A DNA stretch of 64,000 nucleotides, taken from positions 11,470,001-11,534,000 of the forward strand of contig JAQFVV010000005.1 of NCBI GenBank assembly GCA_028023455.1, written 5' to 3'. This document shows, piece by piece, positions 11,590 through 24,960 of this stretch. The notes under the pieces are model-generated. The model ran no database searches, was not told the origin of the DNA, and saw only the letters and a list, made by a program, of their open reading frames with translations. A program made the position numbers and the translations under genes. This DNA is from Epiperipatus broadwayi (taxonomy: Eukaryota; Animalia; Onychophora). Every line of letters starts with the position of its first letter. Within the stretch, counting starts at the first letter, position 1.

Positions 11590-11639
11590 TAAGGTTTTCA
11601 TAATTTAAGATTTGTGAAACATTATTTTCTCTAAACATT

Positions 11640-13500
11640 TTTGACAAATTTTGAAAATTATTTAAAGTATACTCCTTAAATAATTTTTTATGCATTAAAA
11701 CAACAAAAAAGATTATTTACCAGGTGCATTATATATATATTGGTAGTGTTAAAAATTTTTAAAAATAGTTTCCACTTTAGAAAATGTTGATTATAATTTA
11801 TCATTTATTATTTGGTCATTTTAAAAGGATACGATATTTTCTTTTCGATGTATTTTAAAATATATTCAACTTTGTTATTAATATGACATACATCAGCATC
11901 ATTTAATTTATTGATTTGATAAAGTGAAAACATTTATTTTTTTCATTATTAGTCATGCTATATATTGAAGAATAACAAAAAATAATTATTACCACTTGTA
12001 TATAGCAATTGCAGTAGAAATTATATTTGTAAGTTTGTCGCAAATTACATAATGTGTTTCAACCACAAACAGTTCTCATGCTACCAGAAGTACATCATTT
12101 ATATTTGATTTACTGAAATAATTTTTATTAGTTTCTTTATTTATATTTCATTATAAATTTCCTTCCAAATCTATATTTTCAAAATTATTTTTATTGTCTT
12201 TATGAACTGAAACAAAGAATTGAAAAGATTCACACTTTGCGATAAATCTACTCGAATTTTTCTAAAGAATGATTCATTTTGTTTAGTCTTCCAACAATTG
12301 ATCCCATAAGATAATTAACAATGGAATCTCATACTCATCTAAATCAGATATTTTTTTGCTTGTAATTTAATAATCAATCTTTCATTTACATTTTCACTGA
12401 TTTGAATAAGAAAAGTTTTAATGTTTCTGTATGTACATTGCCAAGGAGAAACTGCATCAGCTCTTATTAATCATAAGTTTTTTATATGTTTAGATTTTGA
12501 ATGTATTAAAAATCTTGATAACTTAGATGCCATCATTGTATAAAGGAAGAGTAAAAAACAAATACATTGAAGAAAATTAAAATAATGTGCAATTGCTGAA
12601 CAAACCTCTGCAGCACACTTTTCAATTATATTAAGCATGAGACTGAAACATTGGATAAAAATGGCCTATTCATTCAAAACTTTGATTCTCACCTTTAAAC
12701 CATGATAACACAATTATCATAAGTTTGTCCCAATTTTGTATATCTAAAACAAAGTCATTTAACATTTTTAAATCATTTTTTCCAAATATTTGGAGTCATG
12801 ACTTTTAATTTGTTAAAAAAACCAAAAAATTGTTTCTTGATATCTCTTTCATTATTAATATATACTAATATTTATGACAGTTAATAGATATAGTTCAGAT
12901 CTGGTGTAGAATCAATAATTAACAAATAATATAAAAGTGCACAAACTTCTAGAATTAATTTTTCTTTTACTTTACTTCCCATTTAATTAATAAATTCATC
13001 ATATGTCACATCAGACAAATAATTGACTATCACATCTGATCATATTGCCAAGTAATATTTTTAAGAATATTGTCGAACTGAAATAGATATTCTTATATGT
13101 TGTAATTTTTTTCTATCTGAATCAACACCTTTATATCCCCTAAGTTCTAAACCTAAATTAGCTCATAATTTTATTGTGATTAATTTTTTTTAAAACTTCC
13201 CACAAATATTTTTGTTTAGTATCAGTTTGTTGTATTAATTGATAATCAATGCATCAAAATATTGATAATCTTTTCTTCATAGTTAACATTAATGAAAAAT
13301 ATTCTTTAGAACATTCATGATCCTTTAATATGTGATTAACATTTTTCCAATCATTGTACCAAATATAAATTTAATATTAAAATATAAAAAGTTTATAAAC
13401 ATAGCAGTACTCAAATTTAATAGTTTCAGAAAAAATGAACCATTCGCAAAATTCTTTGGTGTCAATAGTTTTAGATAATAAAATTGAATATTTGAAATAT
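11640..13500 (-). mobile_element. hAT transposase remnant (ZMYM1-like clade)
   Basis: Minus-strand fragments: WYNDWKNVNHILKDHECSKEY, LRGYKG, NYLSDVTYDEFI, DSTPDL and GQTYDNC. Heavily decayed. Confidence 0.75.
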
Positions 13501-14459
13501 ATCTATAATAGGTTTTATATTTATCTTTGTAGTATTCAAGTTTTAGAGATGTTATATTTTTGATAGTGTATAGTTTATTAATTAAATAATAATTTAATAT
13601 TTTTTCTGAAATATTTAATGGCTATAAAATATTTTTGTGAAAATGTTATTGTTCATTCATTGGTTGTTGATTTTGATTTTCAATCCTTTGTATTTTTTTG
13701 TTTTATTCTTTCTTTGTAAATTCTTCTGTTTTTTTCTCATAGGTATCATCTATTTTTATATTTTTTCTGCTGTCATGCTTATATTTTCTGATTATTATGG
13801 AGTGTTAGAAATCTTATCTTTGTTTCCTTTCTTTTTGCTATCTTCATTTTTCAACACCAGACATTTATGTTTCATCATTCATGACTAAAATATTAAAAAT
13901 TATTAAAAAAAATTTTTTTCATCTATAAATTTGTATTGATCAATAGAATATTAAAAGAAAAAGAATCAATATGTATTAACAACAGGTCTATTTTTAAATT
14001 TTTAATTTTTTTATATATTGGATGATGTTCCAACAAATAATCATTAGATTCAAAATTAAAAACTAATTAAAAAAATTCAAATCCCAGCCATGGTGATATT
14101 TCTATTCCTAGCTTAATTTAAACTCAGTTTAACAGGTGTGAAAAGGAAAGGGAAAGTGTTCTTGTTTTATAAGAAAAGTAGCAATGTATACATGTTTTTT
14201 ATTATATGGAAAAACAAGAAAAATAATAACAAATGTTTAAAAAAAAAATCAAGGAAATTAGAAAATAATACAAATGTCATTTATTTAAATAATAAAATTT
14301 ATTAAGGAAATAAAAAAATAAATACAATGAAAAGCTAATTGTTTCGTCTACAATTGGTACAACTAAATAATTTACAAAACACTTGTTGACATCACAAATG
14401 GTACTATTGCAAACTGATTATTTTTAAATAATTTTATAATTTCTGTGTCATGAGGGTCT

Positions 14460-14700
14460 CCGGTGGGAGCTAGATAAATAAACAATATACTTCAAAATGA
14501 AATATAGAGAGCATACCAATAGCTCAATCAAGCTGTTCCCATGCCCAGACCAATTGGTTTTGAGCTTTTCACTCATCTCAGTGAGGAGCTAGAATATTCA
14601 GACACTAGATCTAAAATATCAACTCAAAACCTAACATTTAGTTAGTACATAACAATTATTTAAGTAGAAACTCTGAAATTCTTTTGGTCTGGGAATGGGA
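14460..14700 (-). mobile_element. Decayed relative of the hammerhead repeat families
   Basis: cactagatctaaaatatcaactcaaaacctaacattt resembles family 2 (33420-33460). A hammerhead-like motif lies at 14542-14587 on the minus strand. Confidence 0.55.
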
Positions 14701-16239
14701 ATGTTTTAGATAGAGATTTTAAATAATTTTTCTCTTATCGCACTTATTAATTAAGATGTGATGTGATGCACTGTGACTTCTCCTTAAATGGAGTCAGGAA
14801 TCTCTCAGAGAAACCTGTTAGCCACTTGACCTTCCCTTTCCATTCCCCATCCTAAGTTTTCCCATAATCTACTCCATCTCATTTCCACAACTTAAACTTG
14901 TTTGAGCTATTGGTACGCTCCCTCTATTACATGTTTGTAAATACAAGCCCATAAAAGCAATGTCATGTTATATATGACTTGCTTTGATTATTACTTCAGA
15001 ATGTATATATAACAATATTTATTTAATAGCAATAATAATGAGGTAAAAACAACATGAAAAGGTAATAGTCCATTAATATTTATTTATTGAAAATAGTCTT
15101 TCACACCAGGAATAATCCAGTTATATATTTGTGCATTCAAATCAAGTTTCTTGAAACACAAATGAGAATATACAATTTCGGTATACAATAAACTATTAAA
15201 GTTTGGAATATCAGTGCTTATGCTGGTCCACACAATTTATACATTTGTATTAACCATCTCCACCCTATTTCTTGTTTGCAGTTTGGTTAACCTTCTGTTA
15301 ATTACCCTTTGCTGGTAATAATCTTTTTTATACATGAACAAGTACTACTTCTCACTTGCCACTATTTCATTTTAGACTTGATCATTACTAATCAGTCTAC
15401 TAGTCTATCATTGACTACTCTTTAGTGCTGATCTGTTTTCACTTTAAATCCACACTAACTTTAATTCAGTCTGAAACATTTTAGCTGCTTCTTCCACCTT
15501 TTTTTTTTACATTGGGGAGTGTCTTATATATGATATAATTTGTATGCAACTAGCTTTATTTGCATATAAATTCTATTCTTATTAAATCTATAATTTGGGA
15601 CAATCTCTTAAGCAAATTTCTAGAGTAATTTTTTCCAAAAAAGGGAATGTTATTAAAGTGAAGAAATTCATGCATATTTACAAAAGTAAATGATCTTGAT
15701 TTACATAAATGGTTTTATATGCACAGATATTTCAGGAATAAAGTATAAGAAATTTTATATTTATTTTTATAGATCTCTTAATTGATTACCTCAAAATCAT
15801 ATCTGAAAATTCAGAAACACATTTTGTAGCAATAGAATTTTATTTATTTATCTTTTTGATATAGTGAATTTTTATTCATCAATGTTCATGTTCAAAAAAA
15901 TACACATATTACATAGTGCACATATAATATGAGTAAATAAATAGAATACATATAATAGGTTTTACCTTATATATATATTATATTTGTCACTCATAATTAT
16001 TATATTACTTCTCTCACTGTAATAATAATTTTTAATATAGAACTTACTAATAATAGTTTGTAATATTGTGTTTTGTGTAATTATTTGGTAGTATGATGAG
16101 GTTTATGTAAAATAATAAATCCTAGTTATATGCCGATTTGAAGCAATGAAATATGTAATAGTTAATGCGCTTAAAAACTATTGAAATAAACATTGTAGAT
16201 TAGCCATTAAATTATTATACAATATAATTTTTTATTAGT

Positions 16240-18900
16240 TGAAAATCCTTAAGGGAACCCCTGTAACGGTCAGAAAACGTGTGACTCGTAAACATAGTGC
16301 AGAATTCGACCACCATACAGAACAGCAGCACCATCGAGTAGCGAAGCCACCCGTGGTACTGAGTTCGAACATAGTTTATCGGTTCCACAATACAATCCAC
16401 GAAACAACGCATCTGATGCGACATTAGTAAATATTTCCTTAGGCACGGTGGTCAGGGATATGCAAGAGACTCATGATTTTATTCTCGAGTTAGCCAATAA
16501 TCAAACTAATATTAATTAAACATTCATATTTACATAATCGAGGAAATATTATATAGAATGGGTATCGAATAAATGAAACGTAACTGCAAACGTATAGTTT
16601 AAAATTATTTATTAATACATTTTAATAACACAATCTAATAATATTTTATGGACTAACAGCTTCAGTAGGGGATTTGCGACATGATTATATTTTAAAGAAT
16701 ACATTTTATTTATTTAGACATTATTTTATATTGAGGATTTCAGTAGCGGTATTTCCGATACTGAAATGTTTACAAAAGGAATACATTTATTTGAAAGCGT
16801 AATCTAGCTACCTAAAATTCTCGAGTGAGTATTTCTAATGCTTGCATGGAGGGATTTATACCTTTGCAATGCAAGAATCTAAAGTATGGGTTATAAGAGT
16901 AATGGCAGACATATATTTATTTAATTAAAATATTTATTTATAACTAAGGGCAAACATTTATTTGAGAGTGAATTATGAAGATAATGCAGTGGCAGAGTGA
17001 TATATAGAATAATAGAATTGAGCAAAGGTACACGTGGTACGCTTTAGAAAGGTGATATGGAATGGCAGTATATCGAAACTGCAAGGCCGCGAATGGGTTT
17101 ATAAGAATGTCGGACTGGTCTCTGCCGCGGCCCGACGAAGTAAGGTGTCACATAAGCATAACCAGGGACAAGCGGTATGTGGCGCAATTTGCCGGCTGGC
17201 TGCATGACATTGTCAAATCCTACGGGAGCACCCATTAAGCCCGCTTGTGTAGGACGACTGGGGTTAATTTCAACCCTGAAGAATCTGGAAATTTCACGGC
17301 GGAATGGTCATCGCGTCTCTAAAACGTAACACATGTATACTGTATAAACGGTTATTATGAGATTTAAATAGATTTCTTACTTGGCCCTACATTACCAACA
17401 TTTACTCAAGAACTCTGGCGACTCTCAAAGAAATGGGATTTTCTAGAATTATTCATTAAATTTAATAAATACAAAATATATATAAACTGGGAGTTATTAC
17501 AACTAATATGCCAGCCATTTGCGAAGTAGTAGACCCTGCATTACAATAAATGATGCACTGAATGCGTGTCGATTTATATGAAAGTGAAGTTATTAAGGAA
17601 AGTAAATATTAATGAAAATTTGACACGCATTCTTTGTTTCAAGCGATCATAGATTTACTTTGAAAATTGAGACAATTATGAGCATGCAATAATTAAATAA
17701 TAACTATAGATAAACATGTTGATTATAGAAATACGCACCCACGAAAGATCGAGTGAGGTAAGCTAGATTATTAGAGAAATTTACACATTAAATTAATTAT
17801 TCAATTTTAGTTATACAAATGATAGTTTTTACATTTTATAATTTAGATAAGTATTATGAAGAAGAGCTATAGCATATTATTAGAGTACTCTAGAGTTTGA
17901 ACACAGATAGGTACCTGTTTTATAAGACGTTTTCTGATTCCATTAGTTTAGCAGCAAAAAGTTCACGAGTGGCAAGTCTTTCTTGTATTTAGATATTTCA
18001 TTTAATTTCACAGCAGCAGCAGCTTTTTCATTTATTTCAGGCAGCAGATCTTCATGGTGAATTTATGACGGGCAATGGAAAGTTCGGCATCCGATAGGCC
18101 ATCTCCCGATGGAGAATAATCTAGGTGCTTTACTCGGTCATACCTTGGCAGGAACAAATTATTTTTATATTTTTGGAGACTCTCAGTGATCGAGAGCAAA
18201 GCTAAAGTTTAAGTGAATGTCTCCAGCAAGTCTAAGATGGCCTCTTTTTTTATCTTGATCTTTCACATTTTTGTTAAGATATTTTTAGGTTCTATTTAAT
18301 CTGCCCTGAGGATAATCAATGCATTTTGTTGGTTTTTAATTAAAGAAAGCTGCCGTTCTTTTGTTTACATTTTACATTTACTAATTACATTTTGGGGAAA
18401 TTTTCTTTAATTAATCTATTATCTATCACTGACCGATGCTTTTAAATTTCAAAAACAAAAAGGCAACATAAGATTATTTTAACTTTTAATTAAATATTAC
18501 ATCAGATATTTTTAGAATTATTATTAAATGAAATTTAAACAAAGCAATAAATACGAACTTTATAATCCAAAATAAATGATTAAAATTATACAAAATTATA
18601 TAACTAAAAGAAATCTAAATTATATTATTTTATCCCTATTTATTGCCTTTAATTTGAGATCGAAATGTGTGCGTGTTTATGCTGAATTCTACATATATTT
18701 ATACATTTTTAATATTGTTACACACACAATTCGATATCAAAAAGTTTAAATTTGGGCGGGATAGACCGGTCAGTGAGAGACGACAGAAAAAGGTGAAACT
18801 TAAGATTCGAATACGAATCTTACTGTTTCACCCCACAGTAGTGAAAAATTTGCCATTGGATTGTATGCTACCTCAGTGATGAAATTAATTTCATTATTTC
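16240..18900. promoter_or_regulatory. CpG-retaining region, candidate unmethylated promoter or 5' exons
   Basis: About 12 CpGs in 16250-16420 and dense CpG in 17060-17330, against near-absence in flanks. Strong + strand donor GAG/GTAAGC at 17757/17758. Confidence 0.3.
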
Positions 18901-18959
18901 TCAAAATACATCAAGGGCAAAATATCTGACTTTTTAAAATGTACAAAATATTAAGTGAT

Positions 18960-19190
18960 GTCTATAATCAACTTTTTTAATGTTGAACTTATTTTTAAAA
19001 CTTGATTAACATTACTAATATTTAATGCATCTTGAGATGATCTTAAAAAATTATTTAAGGAATAGTCTTGAACAAAATAATTTTCAGAATTTATTAATAA
19101 TGTTTATACAAAATATATTACACAAATCTTAAATTATGAAAACATTACTGACAGATTTTCTGCAACCAAAAGTAAAAAAGCGTTGTTGTA
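18960..19190 (+). mobile_element. hAT C-terminal dimerisation-domain remnant
   Basis: LKNYLRNSLEQNNFQNLLIMFIQ and LNYENITDRFSATKSKK resemble the hAT IKNYLRSTMSQ..L..LS..IIDxFA..K end. Confidence 0.55.
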
Positions 19191-19349
19191 AACGAAATGT
19201 ATTATAAGCATATCTTTGATGCTAACGACAAAATTATTTGACTAAATTTGAATTTGTCAGATGCTTTTATTATGTCCATATAAATAATGTTTTGGTACCA
19301 ATTTAGTATGTGTTATGGGACTTTTTTGATACAATGAGGAACCACTGTT

Positions 19350-20760
19350 GATCCAGATAATATAAACAATAAATACTTTATTATTCTACAAATACATCAG
19401 TAATTTATCAGTAATTTATCTTTATTATACTACAAATAGAACATACAAATACATGAATATTTTATTTTTATTACACTATAAATACATGAATATCTTATCT
19501 TTATTACTCTGCAAATACCATGAAAAGGGGAAAGTTTACTTACTCATTAAGTAATTTTTTCTTGCCTAGTTATACTATTTGTTAATTAAACTTGTTTTTT
19601 TTTTTTACATTTTGTAATGCTCTTTTATTGATGCAGTGGTGAAACAGTAGCAGTATTGATCTCTAAAACCGGTGATAAAATGTAACATTCATTTTATTTC
19701 AATATTATAATATAGGTATTTACTATTATGTATAGCCACAAGATAAAATTTGTTTTAATATATTTATTTGTAGGATAATAACAATAAAATATCCATGTTT
19801 TGTAATATAATAATGATAAAACATTGATGTTATTTGTAGTGTAATGAAGATAAAATATTCTCATACTTTTTGTGCAATAAATATCGGTGGCGACTGATCC
19901 ATAAGTGCTCCACCACAACCAGAAAAAAGTATGAAAATTAATTATTAAATTTGTGCTTGAAAATATCAATAATAGAACAATCATTTGATATTTTGCATAA
20001 TTATTATGTAAATATTACTAATTAAACTGTTTTTAAAAATAATTATTTTAACTAATGCTTGAGATTCTATTCAAAGACATTTCTAATTATAATAGTGCCA
20101 GAAAAGTCATAATCAGTGAATTTCAACAAATTCCACTGAGATTAGTTTATTCTTATCAATGTGTGGAATAGTGTCATTGGAGCTGCTCTTTGCAACAATA
20201 TCAGTAATTATTTGAGAATGATGTTTATCTAGTCTGTTTTTTCTTCATAGCGAATACATTTTTATTATTTTCATTTAGAATGAGCAATAAAATATTGTTT
20301 TTTTCTTATAATTGACATTTATAAATTAACATATAAATATTTATTACAAAAAAAATATAACAGTAATAAAAGAAATATTATTTTAAGTATTTATCATAAC
20401 AAAAAGATTACATTTTTCCAATTGAAATTATATGAAAAAATTGAAATAAAAATTAAAGATCGATCTATTTCAGAACAGCAGTTAATAAAAAAAAAAAAAT
20501 ATTTAGATCTTTTAACAGTGATTGATATGGAAAAATAAATCGTTATGTGGTTGTGAAATTTGAAATGCTCTGTTGTTTTCCTTGCTTACTTATTGATGGC
20601 AGTATTGTAATAAAACAATCCTGCTTAAAAATTTCACAGGCTGCCACTGATAAATATAAAATATTGATGTATTTGAATTGTAATAAAAGTAAAATATTCA
20701 TGAATTTGTAGTGCAATAAAGATAATATATTCACATTTATTGTAAAACAAAATTTGTTTT
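19350..20760. repeat. Degenerate ~33-bp minisatellite in opposite orientations
   Basis: aaatacatgaatattttatttttattacact-type units on + at 19350-19520, and reverse-complement units at ~19740-19870 and 20640-20760. Confidence 0.5.
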
Positions 20761-20769
20761 AATATTTGT

Positions 20770-20830
20770 TATTTAAAACAGGCAAAACTCTCCATACAGT
20801 AGTACCATTCATGTGTTCATGGTGATCATG
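20770..20830 (-). repeat. Short fragment of repeat family 1
   Basis: aaaacaggcaaaactctccatacagtagtacca matches 6072-6100 and 11035-11060. Confidence 0.6.
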
Positions 20831-21954
20831 TGATATTTGTTATTTGTAGTGTTAAAAAAAAGAAATTAATGACCTATTTGAAGTGAAATAAAATATTTGT
20901 TGTTTTTATTGCTTACTTGTGACAGTAGTGGTTTGGTGTCCCTTTCTTACATCAATAAAATCCCAGACTTTATTCTAAATTGGTACTCATTATATTTTAT
21001 TATATGTGTAATTTTTTTGTGCATGTTTTGTTTTTGTCTTTTATGTTTGTGAAATTTTTTTTGCTGATTTTGTATTATTTTGTTTTTTACTTTTGTATTT
21101 TATGTTTATGCCATAATTTTAAATTCATATACATTATGTTTCATTGATTTCATTTAATGGGACCTCAAAAATTTATAGCACTTCAGATTCATTAAAGGCT
21201 AAATTCCCCATTTTCTTAACTTTATTTGTTATTGAGTGTTCACTAAGTATATGCAAAGTAAAATTACTTTATATAGTAAATATTATATAATTATTTGTTG
21301 ATATCAAAGCAGTAAAATTAAACCTAAATAATGTACTAATAATTCTAATCACACATAAATGATTTTTACTGCTGACCAAGTATGTGATATCGAGTAATAT
21401 AAATACTTTATGGAACAATTAAATCTGAATATATTACTGGGACATTCTAAAGGACCATTTAAAAGTAAATTTGTAAATATGTTTACCTTTTCATATATCA
21501 ATACCAATCTATTTTGGCTAATAAAATAATGTGTATGAAATTTTAATTTTGGATTAATGATTTTTTTTTTTTTTAGGCTTATTTAATATCACAAGAGGGA
21601 GTGCTAGAAATTTTTGCTATTGGGCATACTACTGCAATTATATTTAGCATCAATTCTATTTTATATTAGAGGGTACAACATATTTTGTTTGTATGAAATA
21701 CTTAATAATAATAATAATAATAGAGTCTCACTTTCAATAACTTTGGAATCACATTAAAATAAATCAGATTACTGGATAGAGTGAATCTTTTTTTAGAATT
21801 TAAATAAAATTCTCTTGCTTTTCTTACTTGCTATCAGGATGTATGAATTTAGATATCAAAATAGTCATCACATTTCAGTAAAAAAAAATGCAGAAGAATA
21901 TAAACAATTGATATATATTCAAAATGTAGTAACTATGCATTGAAGGGAATATTT

Positions 21955-22500
21955 GAAAGAATATATTAGGGATTAAATTCACTTAACATTTTTAAAGTTG
22001 TAATTATAAATTTTATTAAACGCACATTATTATATTAAGTAATATTTACTAAAGCTGTAACCTTTAGGAATAAGCGTCTGAAAAATTCGAAGGTAGGGAC
22101 CTCTACAGGTCTAATGTGCGTTTAATAAAATTTATAATTGCAACTTTAAATTATCGTAATAGATTTCTTACTGTAAGATCTTCCATTGACTCATTGTAAA
22201 TCGTAAGATTTCGCAAGTACTAATGTATAATAAGAATTGTGGACTTAATTAGTGAAGTATTGAATAGCTTCACACTCTTAGATCTAACTACTTCAGCTTC
22301 ACCTATTCATATATAAAAGTAGGTTGAAGTAAAGAAGGTTTCCCTCTTTTCTTCCTAGCGTAAGCTTGTGGCTAAGACCTGTAGAGGTCCCTACCTTCAA
22401 ATTTTTCAGACGCTTATTCCTAAACGTTACAGCTTTAGTAAATATTACTTAACATCTTTATTGGAAAGAATATATTAGGGATTAAATTCACTTAACATCT
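21955..22500. repeat. Nested inverted/direct repeat structure A-B-C-B'-mid-C'-A
   Basis: A: 35 bp identical at 21955-21989 and 22464-22498. B: 21991-22029 inverted at 22112-22150. C: 22035-22112 inverted at 22375-22452. Confidence 0.85.
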
Positions 22501-24539
22501 TTATTTCTGGAACAAAAGAAGATATCTATTATATACAGAGAAATTTATGTATGAATAAGAAAAGCCTTCTCAATAACTAGTTCATAAAAATAACATGAAA
22601 GCAGATATGTTCAGAAATAAATAAAAAGTAGGTTTTATCTCTTTTTGCATTTTACTGTTCAATATTTATAATTCATCTTGCTGCTTTTGTCAAATTTTTC
22701 ATCTAATTCTCATGCTTTAGTTTTAATTGATTAATATTAAATTATGTACTGAAATCTAAGTAAGATAATTCTAGATTTGGTTTACAGTTGATAAAAATCT
22801 GTTGCCTAGGAGGTTTGGCTTAATTTGAACATATGAAAATGAAACAATTCAGAAGTGAGTTTTATTATCTTTTCTTATTTATTAGGTAATTTATTCTTTA
22901 AGCATATAATTAAAATTGTTGAGTATTATTTACTAAAGTACCTGCTTAGCAAATACCACTTTCTTATTGACTGTTACGCATTAGTTATATGATTTCATGT
23001 GAGAATTGTTAGTTAAATAGAATTTAAACTCAAATGTTTCATGTTTTGAGGAGATCTACTTTGAATGTTAAAAAAGAATTTAATTTTGACAAGATAATAA
23101 AAATAATGATCAACTTGCTTTTTGGATGCATCATTGACTTGACAGTTGAGTAATAGAGAGTAAAATTATATTGTCATCACTAATATATTGTAATTTATTT
23201 CAGCATCTGATATCATTAACAGTAATGTTAGTGGTGATTATAAACTATAATCAAGAATTTACTTGATATTTTTTCAAATACATTTTTAATCAAAGAATCT
23301 TTTAAAAGGCAGATATTAGCTGAAGTTATCTTCGACCTCTCCTACATCTTATTCTGTTCTTAAAACATTCAGTCTCTTGCTTTTCTTAATGTTACTACTT
23401 AACTATCTTTTATTTTCTTTGCTTCAATATTGTCTCATCTTTAAAATTCTTGCCAATTTATTTTGCTCTTATCCAATCTAATTTCTTCACTCATTATTTT
23501 ACTCAATAATTTTTTATTTACTTTTTTTCTGCTCTTTTACATCATCAATTTTTTAACATTTCTTATTGAATTTCAAGTATACATTTTTTAAAGTCTTCTT
23601 TCTTCACCTTTTTCTAACTTTCAAGTCTTCCTTTATTAAAGCTATTATTTAAAGAAAACTAAAGCAAGTCTTGAATTTCTCTTTCTTAAATACAACTTGA
23701 AGAAGCCATAGAGGTGTCTTCAACTTGTATTCAAAAACTTATTTAAGCATTGCAATTGTTAATTCAATGGTTTTTTTTTTTGTTAATTTATGAATGATCA
23801 ACCAAAAATTAAATTCTCTCTTTATAAATTCAATCTTTGATTAAACAGTTGCCAACGTAAAGAAATACTATAGTAAAAATAAATTTTCAAATGGTTTATT
23901 GTTCAAAAGATATATTTCATCATTAGAAGTGACAGTTGTTCCTTGATGCATAGATCATGAGCTTCAGAATGCCAATTTACCATTGCACCAAATCTGCAAA
24001 ATAAATCCATATTCAGTAATTTATTAGAAAAGTAGCATTATTCATAAAATAATTATTTTTTCTTTTTTTAAAAGATTGTAATATTGGCATCAACAATTGA
24101 TTTTTTTAAAAAATACAAACAGTTTTTGGATTCTAAATTCTCATATTTGAAATTAATACATGAGAATTAGCTCAACCAATATTTGATAACAAGACTTATT
24201 GTTAATAAAATCTTAAGATATAAAAGGAAAGAGAGTCATAGATCAGATTATTCCTGCAATTAAAAACAAAGTTCAAAATGATACTGGTGAAAGAATAATT
24301 CAGTCACTTTAATTAATACTTAGTTGGTGGAACAATGAGGAATATATTAATGTTCATGACTTTGCTGATCTAATAGTTTAAGATTTTTATTTTAAATGAA
24401 TTAAAATAGATGGAATATATATATATATATGTTAAACTATAACATTTTCAAAGTTATAATGTTAACTGTTCATTAACCTATGTACAAAAGTTTTAAGTTG
24501 ATGTACTCTCTTACACCCAATGTTTATAAATTTATGTTT

Positions 24540-24960
24540 TCATAACACTGTATGGATAGAAAAATAAATTTTTTAGTTTGATTGTCAACTTACCTTAATA
24601 TTTTTTAACTTTTTTTAACCCAATCTTTTAAAAAGTTCATTAAAAAATTGTTTAATATTATTTTTTAAAACTGTTTTATTCATCATACTGTATTTCAAAC
24701 CAAAGTTTGGCACATTTGTTCAAAGCGAAGTGTTAGTTGTAATTTTTTTACCAAGTGTTATAATCCATTACTTATATATTATATTCATGATTTTAAAATG
24801 TTTTAACATTTTCTTATGTTGAAAGTGACATCTTGCATGAAATATATAACAAATATTTTGCATTTATCATTGTGAAGAAAAATTTTCCCATTCAATATCA
24901 AAATTGTATATCTTTCTTTTCTTTACAATTATTTTGGACATTATACCCTTCTTTTAAAAT
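24540..24960 (-). mobile_element. hAT (GTF2IRD2-like) transposase N-terminal remnant
   Basis: Minus strand reads MSKIIVKKRKIYNFDIEWE-FFFTMINAK, resembling the KKRK..F..EWE..FF start of this group. Confidence 0.45.

Noticed and set aside
13637-13888. 83-aa hydrophobic membrane protein
   Set aside because: An F/L/I-rich product of T-rich low-complexity DNA with no recognisable motif.
16215-17235. Small ORFs in the CpG-rich region as coding exons
   Set aside because: No recognisable domain in any frame; open frames are expected from the higher GC. Kept only as an unassigned CpG-rich region.
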